Source of the DNA: Leadbetterella byssophila
Lineage (GTDB): Bacteria; Bacteroidota; Bacteroidia; Cytophagales; Spirosomataceae
DNA length: 64,000 nt
Direction: 5' to 3'
NCBI GenBank assembly: GCA_040394735.1
Contig: JBEBRR010000007.1
Location: forward strand, 4,149-68,148
The notes under the pieces are model-generated. The model saw only the letters and a program-made list of their open reading frames with translations. It did no database searches and had not been told where the DNA came from. Position 1 is the stretch's first letter, and each line of letters starts with the position of its first letter. The position numbers and the translations under genes are program-made. Shown here piece by piece: positions 18,516 through 27,000 of this stretch.

Positions 18516-19388
18516 TTATATATCACAAATTTCAATGCCCTGTTTAAGTGACTCCAGCGGCGGCAAATGCCTGGGGATAAATTCCTGCCCGATATATCCT
18601 GTGTATCCCGTATCCAGAATAGCTTTTATAATGGCCGGATAGTACAGTTCCTGGGTGTCATCTATTTCATTTCTTCCCGGAACACCCGCTGTATGGTAGT
18701 GGGCTATGTAGCGGTGGTGTTTCCGTACCGTGGAGATCACGTCCCCTTCCATGATCTGCATATGGTAAATATCATAGAGCAGCTTAAAATTTTCCGAACC
18801 TACGGCCTGGCATAGTTTTACCCCCCATTCGGTGTGGTCGCACTGGTAGTCTTTATGGTTTACTTTGCTGTTCAGCAGCTCCATCACCAGGGTAACGCCG
18901 TGTTTTTCGGCAGCAGGCATCAGCTTTTTCAGGCCGAGGGCGCAGTTTTCTATTCCCTGCTCATCGGAGAGCCCGTTCCGGTTGCCCGAGAAGCAGATAA
19001 TCTTGTCGAGGCCTGCGGCTTTCAGTTTCGGAAAAATAGCCATGTAGCTGGCAACCAGCTCATCGTGAAGCCGCGGATCGTTAAAGCCTCTTTCAATGCC
19101 GAGTCCGGCCCCCTGGGGCATGGCACAGGTCAGGCCATATTTTTTAATGACCGGCCATTCTTCCGGGCCCTGCAGCTCAATGGAGCGGATACCGATCTTT
19201 ATAGCTTCCTCACAAAGCTTCTCCAGCGGAATAGAGTTAAAGCACCAGCGGGAGACGGAGTGCCTGACGCGTCCTTTCAGCCCGGAGGGTAGAATCTGTT
19301 CAGAGGCGGCCAGGACCTCGCTGACCGATAAACCCAGGGCTGCGGTACCCATCATATTCTTTAAAGCGTTTCTTCTGGTTGATTTCAT
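18516..19388 (-). CDS. Hydroxypyruvate isomerase / xylose-isomerase-like TIM-barrel protein, Tat signal
   Basis: TRRNALK; ELLNSKVNHKDY, LLYDIYHMQIMEGD, HYHTAGVPGR, GQEF. Confidence 0.88.
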   Translation of the reverse strand: MKSTRRNALKNMMGTAALGLSVSEVLAASEQILPSGLKGRVRHSVSRWCFNSIPLEKLCEEAIKIGIRSIELQGPEEWPVIKKYGLTCAMPQGAGLGIERGFNDPRLHDELVASYMAIFPKLKAAGLDKIICFSGNRNGLSDEQGIENCALGLKKLMPAAEKHGVTLVMELLNSKVNHKDYQCDHTEWGVKLCQAVGSENFKLLYDIYHMQIMEGDVISTVRKHHRYIAHYHTAGVPGRNEIDDTQELYYPAIIKAILDTGYTGYIGQEFIPRHLPPLESLKQGIEICDI

Positions 19389-19409
19389 ATTTGTTTTAAA
19401 GTTATACAA

Positions 19410-19979
19410 TTATCGGAAACGGTTGGAAATGGTAAAATAAACATTCCTGCCCACCTCATGGTAGCCGTATTTACGCAGCCGCCGGGTAGTAGCCGCTTTA
19501 GACATCCGGGTTTCAAGGAAAGAAAGAATGTAATATTTGTTTTCTTCAAAGGGCCGGTTAAACAGCTGGGACTTGAACGAGAGGTTGGTGGCCATGGTTT
19601 TCCGGTTATCAATATAGAGCTCATTTTTACCGATCCACAGGCACTTCAGGTCTTTGATCTGCCGGGCAATGCCGGTCAGATCTTCCACGGTCAGGGATGA
19701 TTGCCTCATCTCATCAAAGACCAGCTTACGGTTCATGTGGGTATTGTAGAGATAACGTACGGAATCGGTGTACATAATGATGGTATAGTAGGAAAACCGT
19801 TTGTCGGAGAAGCCGATGGCAAAGGGCTGCTTCCTGTAGAGGGCTTCGTAATCTTTCAGCAGGGTTTCCAGCGCAGGCCTGTTTTCAAAATAGTAGTCTT
19901 CCGACTTCCTGATCTTGGCTGAAAAGCAGGAAGAAAGAAGTATTCCGCTGAGTAGAAAAAGAACAATGACTTTTTTCAT
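19410..19979 (-). CDS. Hypothetical lipoprotein (basic)
   Basis: MKK + hydrophobic stretch + LSSC lipobox; ATGA overlap with the upstream stop. Confidence 0.8.
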   Translation of the reverse strand: MKKVIVLFLLSGILLSSCFSAKIRKSEDYYFENRPALETLLKDYEALYRKQPFAIGFSDKRFSYYTIIMYTDSVRYLYNTHMNRKLVFDEMRQSSLTVEDLTGIARQIKDLKCLWIGKNELYIDNRKTMATNLSFKSQLFNRPFEENKYYILSFLETRMSKAATTRRLRKYGYHEVGRNVYFTISNRFR

Positions 19980-20845
19980 TTTGCTTTGATGTACGTGATG
20001 CCGTAAACCAGCTTTCTGAATTTTCGTTTCCTGAGCTTCATTTTAGTGCGCAGGCCGTAATCCCAGTAATCCAGCATATTATAGCCGTCTGCCCGGTCAA
20101 TATCATACAACACCACAAAATGGGTAGGTGTAGGCAGGATAAAGCGGAAAAATTTATTGGGATACAGGGCCTTGTTGTTCAGGTAAAGCAACACGGTATG
20201 CTCTTCATTTTTCGTATGGCAGAAGCGGTAATAGTTGAGAAAAACGGGTCCGACGAGATCGGCTCCCCGGGCGTGAACCTCCAGCCCGGTAAGTGAACGC
20301 AGCATCCGGTTGAATTTCCTGAAGTTGGTAGCCGCCCAGAAGGTATTTTCATCGCCCGGGTCGAACGCTTTATCGCGCAGGTTCAGGTAGCCCTTGTAAT
20401 TTTCGGAGAGCACCATAAACCACATCTGGTCGGCATGATTAATGTCCATCACGCCCTTATTATAAAGGGTACCTGCAGCCTTTCGTATCCTTTCAGAGCT
20501 GTTGAGGGTTTTGTCGGTGACCTGGGTAGTGCCGGTCGTATAGAGGTCGATCATCCGGGCTACATAGTCTTCAGGATCGTACAGCAGCATGAAATGGGTG
20601 AGAGCGGCGTAGCCACAGAAGTACGTGGGCTTGCCCTGGTTCAGGTACAGCGGGCTGTCTACGTTGTTTCTCAGGTTCCTGTAGAACAGTACGGGATTCA
20701 TATTAGGCCAGTATTCACTTTTTCGGGACGATTGCGCACGGTCTATCCGTTGCAATGCCCTCTGTTTCGCTTCAGGGTTCTGAGCGGGAGGTTGGGCCTC
20801 GGCAGCCAGGGTAAGAAGAAGAATAAAGAGAATACGGATATACAC
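19976..20845 (-). CDS. Hypothetical secreted protein with papain/C39-like cysteine peptidase motifs
   Basis: Signal peptide ending AEA; NQGKPTYFCGYAAL, THFVVL, YWDYG. GTG 20845 preferred because TTG 20869 lies in the TATATTTG promoter box (20867-20874). Confidence 0.7.
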   Translation of the reverse strand: MYIRILFILLLTLAAEAQPPAQNPEAKQRALQRIDRAQSSRKSEYWPNMNPVLFYRNLRNNVDSPLYLNQGKPTYFCGYAALTHFMLLYDPEDYVARMIDLYTTGTTQVTDKTLNSSERIRKAAGTLYNKGVMDINHADQMWFMVLSENYKGYLNLRDKAFDPGDENTFWAATNFRKFNRMLRSLTGLEVHARGADLVGPVFLNYYRFCHTKNEEHTVLLYLNNKALYPNKFFRFILPTPTHFVVLYDIDRADGYNMLDYWDYGLRTKMKLRKRKFRKLVYGITYIKAK

Positions 20846-20904
20846 GTTGCCCGGGAAATATGAAAACAAATATAGATAACTTTCCGGGTTTGAAAACAGG
20901 GAGG

Positions 20905-20942
20905 AAAAAGATTATCCGGAGGAGTCATCATACTCCTCCGGA
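20905..20942 (-). terminator. Intrinsic terminator after TonB-dependent receptor
   Basis: TCCGGAGGAGT-N6-ACTCCTCCGGA perfect 11-bp stem, U-rich downstream on the minus strand. Confidence 0.75.
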
Positions 20943-20950
20943 CAGGCGGA

Positions 20951-22852
20951 TCAGATTCTGTATTTCAGACCGCCCGTTATCCAGCGCGGAGGCTGAGCCA
21001 CAAATCCGTGCTCGAAGTATTTTTCGTTCAGGAGATTGTTGACGTCCAGAGTGAAGGTCAGCTGTTTCCAGCGGTAGGCTGCCCGGATATCCACCAGGCT
21101 GAACGACCCGTAGTTCACCGGCGGGGTGTTGTTGTCCCAGGAGTACTGTCCGGCCCGGTTCTTAAAAGTGTACCAGGCGCTGAGCGACAGGTTTCGTACG
21201 GGCTCAAAGAAGAGCCCGGCCGATAGTTTCTGCTTCAGGTAATTCAGCGTGTAAAACGACTGGAATCCTTCTTCTCTTCTGTCAGTGGTGAGCCAGGCAA
21301 AGTTCAGGGAAACCTGTGTCAGCCGGAGCTTATTGGCCGGAAACCGGAGGGTATGGGCCGTTTCAAAGCCGTAACGGTTAATATCATCAATATTTTCCAT
21401 GAGGGGTACGTCCTGGGCCGGGCTCTTGATCTTATCGATGGCATCCTCAGCGGCGGTATAAAAAACCGAGTAATTACCCGAATAACGGTTTTTCTGCGTT
21501 TTAAAGCCTATTTCGTGGGTCCAGGCTTTTTCGGGCTTCAGGTCCGGATCCCCGGCTACCGTGGCATTGTTCAGGTAGAGCTCGGTAAAGGTAGGAAACC
21601 GGAGCGAACGGTTGACCGAGTAGTAAAACCGTGAATCCTGTCCTGTGGCATAGGCCAGGTCGAGGCCCGGAAACAGGGAGAACCCGAACTGGGAGTTGAT
21701 ATTTCCCAGTGTACCCACGTTCAGTATAAAGCGGCGCCAGGTAGCGCTATGCTCGGCAAAGAGGCTATAGTTATCCCGTGCTTTACCGTGGGTATAAAAC
21801 ATGCCGGGCCAGCCGTTGATGGCCTCCTGGCGGTCGAGCTGCCTGCCGAGGCGGTTTGACCGCACCAACTCATTCCGGTATTCTGCGCCGAAGGCGCTGC
21901 TGCCCCAGGCATTCCGGAACCGGAATTTCCATTCCACGTCCAGCACACCGGTTTTGTGGAGATTCAGAAAAGTAATGCGATCGGTATTCCGGTAGTTATC
22001 AAAATCGTACATGTCGTGATGAATCCGGTAGTTGGCCATCAGCGTGCCGGATAACCGGGAGGAAAAGGCATGTTTCCAAGTGGCATTAAGCAATTGAGAC
22101 GAAATCTCCTCGTACTGGTTGCTGAATTTGGGATGGTAGAAGTTGGAGGCTCCGAAGTCGTTGCTGGTGAAGCCGTAGCCCAGCAGCAGGCTTCCGCCCT
22201 TATATTGTTGTTCTGCCCGCAGGGAAACCGTGTTTTTCCGGTAATCTGTGGCAGGAATAAAGCCGTCACTGCCGCCCAGGTCTGCACCGCCTGTCAGGGT
22301 GAAGCCTTTCTTTATCCAGGCACCGCCGAGATAGGTATTCCAGGTGCCGTATTCGCCGGCCGAAAGCTGCAGCTCCAGTTCAGAAGCAGCCGGCTGACGG
22401 GTAATGATGTTGATGACCCCGGAGAAAGCGCTGGGCCCAAACACCCGGGATGCCCCGCCCTGCAATACCTCTATTTTTTCGATCATCGAAAAAGGTACGG
22501 GGATGTTCAGGGCGTGATGACCGGTCTGGGGGTCGTTCACTTTTACGCCGTCTACCAGGATGAGGGTCTGGTCGTAATGCCCGCCGCGAATGCTGATGTC
22601 GGCCTGTACGCCAAAAGCAGAACGTGAGCGTACATCCACGTTCATGGCGTATTGCAGCACACCGTCCAGGGTTTTTACGGGCGAGGCTGCAATAGTTTGG
22701 CGGTCGATCACCGTGACGTTCCGGGCCGTGTTTTTGATCTCATTACGGATAATGCCCGCGGTGACGGTAACACTCCGGAGTTGGATGGTGTCGGGTTGCG
22801 CGCTGGCATTCAGGCATATGAAGGTTAATAGTATATATTTAAATATTTTCAT
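20951..22852 (-). CDS. TonB-dependent receptor (BtuB/CirA-like, plug + barrel)
   Basis: Signal peptide; TonB-box-like SVTVTA; plug ISIRGG...ILVDGV...IEKIEVLQG..S.VFG..AFSGVINIIT; C-terminal NNLLNEKY...GLKYRI. Confidence 0.92.
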   Translation of the reverse strand: MKIFKYILLTFICLNASAQPDTIQLRSVTVTAGIIRNEIKNTARNVTVIDRQTIAASPVKTLDGVLQYAMNVDVRSRSAFGVQADISIRGGHYDQTLILVDGVKVNDPQTGHHALNIPVPFSMIEKIEVLQGGASRVFGPSAFSGVINIITRQPAASELELQLSAGEYGTWNTYLGGAWIKKGFTLTGGADLGGSDGFIPATDYRKNTVSLRAEQQYKGGSLLLGYGFTSNDFGASNFYHPKFSNQYEEISSQLLNATWKHAFSSRLSGTLMANYRIHHDMYDFDNYRNTDRITFLNLHKTGVLDVEWKFRFRNAWGSSAFGAEYRNELVRSNRLGRQLDRQEAINGWPGMFYTHGKARDNYSLFAEHSATWRRFILNVGTLGNINSQFGFSLFPGLDLAYATGQDSRFYYSVNRSLRFPTFTELYLNNATVAGDPDLKPEKAWTHEIGFKTQKNRYSGNYSVFYTAAEDAIDKIKSPAQDVPLMENIDDINRYGFETAHTLRFPANKLRLTQVSLNFAWLTTDRREEGFQSFYTLNYLKQKLSAGLFFEPVRNLSLSAWYTFKNRAGQYSWDNNTPPVNYGSFSLVDIRAAYRWKQLTFTLDVNNLLNEKYFEHGFVAQPPRWITGGLKYRI

Positions 22853-22857
22853 TATTA

Positions 22858-22914
22858 TAATTGTATATATATGTATATTTATACAATTAATTAAATATCA
22901 AATTAATTGTATAA
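22858..22914. promoter_or_regulatory. AT-rich operator-like array of three TAATTGTATA half-sites in alternating orientation
   Basis: TAATTGTATA 22858-22867, TATACAATTA 22880-22889, TAATTGTATA 22904-22913, directly upstream of the receptor ATG. Confidence 0.5.
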
Positions 22915-22930
22915 GGAAAATGAAAAATTT

Positions 22931-23040
22931 TGTATTCTTTGTGCAACTTAACTTCGTGTTCTTCGCGCAAAAAAGCACAAACGTACACTACGCATATTTC
23001 ACAAAGGGCACCAGGTGTATTTCACAAAGAACACAAAGGG
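22931..23040. repeat. CTTTGTG/CACAAAG-type imperfect inverted and direct repeats
   Basis: CTTTGTG, CTTCGTG, CTTCGCG on the left; TATTTCACAAAG twice (22995, 23018) and CACAAAG on the right. Confidence 0.6.
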
Positions 23041-24339
23041 TCAGTAAGTGTAATTCACCAAACTGTCTTCGTCTACCGGCTTTTTGGAGAGTATTTTGAA
23101 ATTGACTTTGGCTGTTGAGTTGTGCGAAAGGTCTTCTGAAATGCGCAGGGGATAAATTAGTGGATCAGCTGCGGTTTTTTTCAGGAGAAAATGATGCAGT
23201 TCGTCCTGGCTCAGGGGGGATTCTTCCCGTACCAGCAGGAGAGTGGGGACAGCGGTATGGGGAACATCGGCCGGCGGAATAATTTCAGCCACACAAAATC
23301 CGGCGCCATGCTCTAGTTCTTCCGCAAGTGGGTTCAGTCTGCGCCGGTGAAACAGCTGGCCGTCACGCCCCAGCAGGCAGAGGTATCCTTCCGGATCTAT
23401 AAAGCCTATATCGGAAACTGTAGGCGCATGCCGGTAGCCGGGAGATACATACGGGCTTTCCACCCAGATTTTTTCTTCCCGGATGCGGATCTTCACCCCC
23501 GGAAAAGGTTTACCCGCAGAGGCGGGCCTGTTTACTATCTCCCGGTTCTGAAGGTAGCTGATGTGTCCGAGCTCGGCGGCTCCGTAGTATTCTGTCAGGC
23601 GGGCCTCCGGGAAAATCCGGAGAAGCTTTTCTGCCAGCTCGGGGTCCAGTTTTTCCCCGGCGCTTACGGCTGAGGTCAGGTCCGGGAATATCCTGGTTTC
23701 CGGCAGCAGGCGGTAATGAGAAGGTACCAGGAATACGCTGGTGATTCTTTCATGGCGGAGAAGGGTTTCCCAGGCGGCAGCCTCCCGGAGCGGCGTCATG
23801 ATCACCGTAGCTCCCAGCCAGAAAGCATGGATGACAGTGTTGAGGTTGGCCGAATAGCCGAGGGCATCCACCACCATCACCCGGTCTTCGCCGTGCATTC
23901 CGAAAACGGCCGACTGGACGGGAAAAGCGCTGAACCACGAGGGGTAGTCTTTCCAGATAATCCTGCCTTTATCCGGGTTCAGAATGCCCAGGAAACAGTC
24001 GTTTCCCGATGGCTGGTACGGTGCATTGAGGTCTGCGGAGGCCTCCGGTATAAAATCCAGAAGGCCCAGGTTGTATTTTTCGGCATAGGCCAGCTTAAGC
24101 TCCGGAGAAACGTTCGTTCCGCAGAAAACCCCTTTCTGTCCTGTATACATGAGGGCCAGGAAGCTGATCAGGTTTTCAGCTTCTGAAGCGTGGCAAAGGA
24201 GGTAATCGGCCGGATGATGCCGGAGCCAGGCCGCCCGGGTGCGGACCTCCTGATACAGTTCCCCGTAGCTTATCTTCCTGCCCTGGTATTTCAGCGCGGT
24301 TTTAGAAGGATCGGCAAGAAGAAAATGCTCAAAAAACAT
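23041..24339 (-). CDS. AMP-binding (acyl-CoA synthetase-like) protein with degenerate P-loop
   Basis: SAGEKL, EYYGAAELG, GKPFPGV, SDIGFID, LLGR retained; no TSG(T/S)TG-PK. Confidence 0.8.
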   Translation of the reverse strand: MFFEHFLLADPSKTALKYQGRKISYGELYQEVRTRAAWLRHHPADYLLCHASEAENLISFLALMYTGQKGVFCGTNVSPELKLAYAEKYNLGLLDFIPEASADLNAPYQPSGNDCFLGILNPDKGRIIWKDYPSWFSAFPVQSAVFGMHGEDRVMVVDALGYSANLNTVIHAFWLGATVIMTPLREAAAWETLLRHERITSVFLVPSHYRLLPETRIFPDLTSAVSAGEKLDPELAEKLLRIFPEARLTEYYGAAELGHISYLQNREIVNRPASAGKPFPGVKIRIREEKIWVESPYVSPGYRHAPTVSDIGFIDPEGYLCLLGRDGQLFHRRRLNPLAEELEHGAGFCVAEIIPPADVPHTAVPTLLLVREESPLSQDELHHFLLKKTAADPLIYPLRISEDLSHNSTAKVNFKILSKKPVDEDSLVNYTY

Positions 24340-24342
24340 CGG

Positions 24343-25341
24343 TCAGGGTCTTAATCTGGGTATTTTATCGAGGTACGTAAAGGCCTCTGTGAAACGCTTT
24401 TTCTCGCGCAGCAGCGTTTCGCAGAAAGCCCGGTTACGGATCTCGAACAGTTCGCGCTGCCCGGGATCTGTAAAAGTGCCCCGCTTCAGCAGCCAGGTTA
24501 CCTTTTTCCCGATATAGTTGAACCACCAGTTTTTCCGGAGAGTGGTCATCAGCGACTTCCGGCCGGTGCTTTCCAGGTAATGAATCTGGTACACCAGGAC
24601 AAACACATCGGCTGCGCCGAAGCCGTAGGTCATATTTTTCAGCCGCTCCCAGGTGATCCGGTCGCTCGCCGTAAAATGTCTGAAGTGCAGTTCGTTCGAA
24701 TAGTAAATCTTATAGCCGAGCAGGCGGGTAATAAAGCACATTTCGCTGTCGGCGCCGGCACTCTGCCGGTTACCCACCCGGCCTTCCAGGAAAGGCTGCC
24801 AGTTAAGGGAATACAGGTGATCATATACTTCCTTCCGTACGCTCAGCCCGGCGCCGGGCACCAGGGCATCGTCTGTAATATCGGTGAAGCTTCCTTCATA
24901 GAGCTTCCCGATGGCAAAGGCGTGTTCATTTTCTTTGAACCAGGCAGGGGGCGGAGCATCAAAAGCTCCCTCGCCGGCACAGCCGACCAGGCCGATCTCC
25001 GGGTCTTTATAGTAATTAAAGATGGTTTTTATCCAGTCTGAAGCCACCCGGTTGTCATCGTCTACCACGCTGAGAATGCTGTACCGGGCAGCTTTGATAC
25101 CCGCCTTCCGGGCATTGGCCTCGCCCATGCGGCTTTCAAAAATAATCCGCAGTGGAACAACAGGCTTTTCATTCCATACCTTTTCAGCCATTTCGGCGGT
25201 GCGGTCGGCAGAGTTATTATTGACCAGCACCACCTCCCAGGGTATTCCGTCAAAATCCTGCTGGGCCTGAAGGTGCCGGAGGGTTTCGGAAATTACCTTT
25301 TCACTGTTATAACACGCTATAATAACTGAAATGCCGTTCAC
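24343..25341 (-). CDS. Glycosyltransferase family 2
   Basis: ISVIIACYN, VNNNSAD, VDDD; GTG start overlaps the upstream TGA (GTGA). Confidence 0.9.
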   Translation of the reverse strand: MNGISVIIACYNSEKVISETLRHLQAQQDFDGIPWEVVLVNNNSADRTAEMAEKVWNEKPVVPLRIIFESRMGEANARKAGIKAARYSILSVVDDDNRVASDWIKTIFNYYKDPEIGLVGCAGEGAFDAPPPAWFKENEHAFAIGKLYEGSFTDITDDALVPGAGLSVRKEVYDHLYSLNWQPFLEGRVGNRQSAGADSEMCFITRLLGYKIYYSNELHFRHFTASDRITWERLKNMTYGFGAADVFVLVYQIHYLESTGRKSLMTTLRKNWWFNYIGKKVTWLLKRGTFTDPGQRELFEIRNRAFCETLLREKKRFTEAFTYLDKIPRLRP

Positions 25342-26195
25342 TTGAAAATCTGGAATAGACGGTGATAAAATCGTATTTCTAAGGGCAGTCCCGGCGGTAT
25401 TTCTCCTTCCGGCAGTCTCCGGGCCCACCGCAGGGCCGTTTTCCGGCGGGTCAGAAAAGGTACCGGGTAATGCCGGCAGATGTACCGGATGATCCGGAAA
25501 CCTTCTGAAAACAGCAGCCCTTCCCGGTCAGATTTAAAAGAGACGTTCCCGGCATGCCTCCTGAAAAAATTAAGACGCTTATCCAGCCGTACTACCCGGG
25601 TGCCGGCCGATATCTGCACCCAGAACATCCAGTCGCCGGTGTACCGGAAAGTACGCAGCATACCGAAGTCTGCTTTATGGACCAGATCTCTGCGGAATAC
25701 GGCTGAGCTGGCATTGTAAATCAGCGGACCGTTCAGAAACTCACTCCGGAGGAGATCCCGGCCCGGCCATTCCCGGTCACCGGATTCATGTTCCGGTCGG
25801 TGAATTTCGTTGCTTTTTTCATCAATCCATACGGACGACGTAAATACCACACCTGCTTCCGGCCGGCTGTCAAGTACTTTCAGGGCTTCAGACAGGAAAG
25901 TGGGAGCGGCCATGTCATCGCTCTCGGCAATCCAGATATATTCACCGCGGGCCAGGCTCAGGCCCCGTTCCCACTGGATAAAGGTGGAGCCCGAATTGGT
26001 TTCATTCTTCAGGAAATGAACCACCCGTTTGTCGGAAGCATATTTTTCCAGCACACTTATGCTGTTATCAGAAGAATGGTCATCCAGGAGGATAAGCTCA
26101 AAGTCGCTGAACTCCTGTCCCAGCACGCTCTCCACCCTTTCCGGCAGGTAAGCGGCATGGTTATAGTTGGGCATTATGACAGATACCTTTGGCAT
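25338..26195 (-). CDS. Glycosyltransferase family 2
   Basis: VSVIMPNYN, LLDDHSSD, WIAESDD, GDWMFW. Confidence 0.92.
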   Translation of the reverse strand: MPKVSVIMPNYNHAAYLPERVESVLGQEFSDFELILLDDHSSDNSISVLEKYASDKRVVHFLKNETNSGSTFIQWERGLSLARGEYIWIAESDDMAAPTFLSEALKVLDSRPEAGVVFTSSVWIDEKSNEIHRPEHESGDREWPGRDLLRSEFLNGPLIYNASSAVFRRDLVHKADFGMLRTFRYTGDWMFWVQISAGTRVVRLDKRLNFFRRHAGNVSFKSDREGLLFSEGFRIIRYICRHYPVPFLTRRKTALRWARRLPEGEIPPGLPLEIRFYHRLFQIFK

Positions 26196-26196
26196 A

Positions 26197-26931
26197 TTAC
26201 GCCCACCCGTGGCTTTTTCTGAGTATACTGTCTTCTTTTACAAAACAGATGTCGAGCTGTCCCAGCGCCATATCCAGCGGGCGGTTGGTAAAGCCGGCAA
26301 AATCATAGATCACATACCCCCGCTGGGTCATGTAGGCAATGATATCATGGAGCAGCGGTTGACTGGGCGAAAATTTAAAGAGGGAAGCCTCCAGGATAAA
26401 GACTTCGGTTTTCCCGAAAATACCTGCAGCTCCTTTCAATACCTCTATCTCAAACCCCTGCACATCAATCTTGCAGACGTCGGGAACGGGCATTTCTCCA
26501 CGCGCAATCAGCCCGTCAATGCTATAGATAGGTACCTTCTTCTGCATTTTCCCGTCAGCTTCTCCCTCTTCCAGCAGGAAAGACGAGCCCGCAAAGTCTT
26601 CCCACATGGTAAGGGTAAGCTCGCCGTCTTCTGCGCCGGCACCGCCAAAGAAAACTTTGCCTTTCCGGCGGGCCAGGAACCTGTCGATCTCCGGTTTCAG
26701 CTCTTCCTGGGGCTCAATCAGGTAGTAGGTGGCATCAGGAAGAATGTTGGCTGCCAGCATGCTCCAGTCACCCTTGTGCGCCCCCACATCCAGTATATGG
26801 TGGATGGCCAGTCCGCGGGCTTTCAGGCTTTTCAGGAAAAGCCCCATATCACCGGATATCCCGTTTTTACTCTGAACGTGATATCCGAAGCGGTGGGCCA
26901 GCGACTGGATCAGGTCTTTAATTATTTTCAT
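26197..26931 (-). CDS. FkbM-family SAM-dependent methyltransferase
   Basis: LDVGAHKG, IEP, KIDVQGFEIEVLKGA. Confidence 0.9.
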   Translation of the reverse strand: MKIIKDLIQSLAHRFGYHVQSKNGISGDMGLFLKSLKARGLAIHHILDVGAHKGDWSMLAANILPDATYYLIEPQEELKPEIDRFLARRKGKVFFGGAGAEDGELTLTMWEDFAGSSFLLEEGEADGKMQKKVPIYSIDGLIARGEMPVPDVCKIDVQGFEIEVLKGAAGIFGKTEVFILEASLFKFSPSQPLLHDIIAYMTQRGYVIYDFAGFTNRPLDMALGQLDICFVKEDSILRKSHGWA

Positions 26932-27000
26932 ATATAAAATTTAGCTGTTAGATTTTTCTTCACCTGCCGGTCAGCTAATATCTGATTGCTCATCGTTATT

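Noticed and set aside
22858-22914. BirA operator / biotin regulon interpretation
   Set aside because: The spacing does not match TGTwAAC-N14-16-GTTwACA, and the BirA here has no DNA-binding domain.
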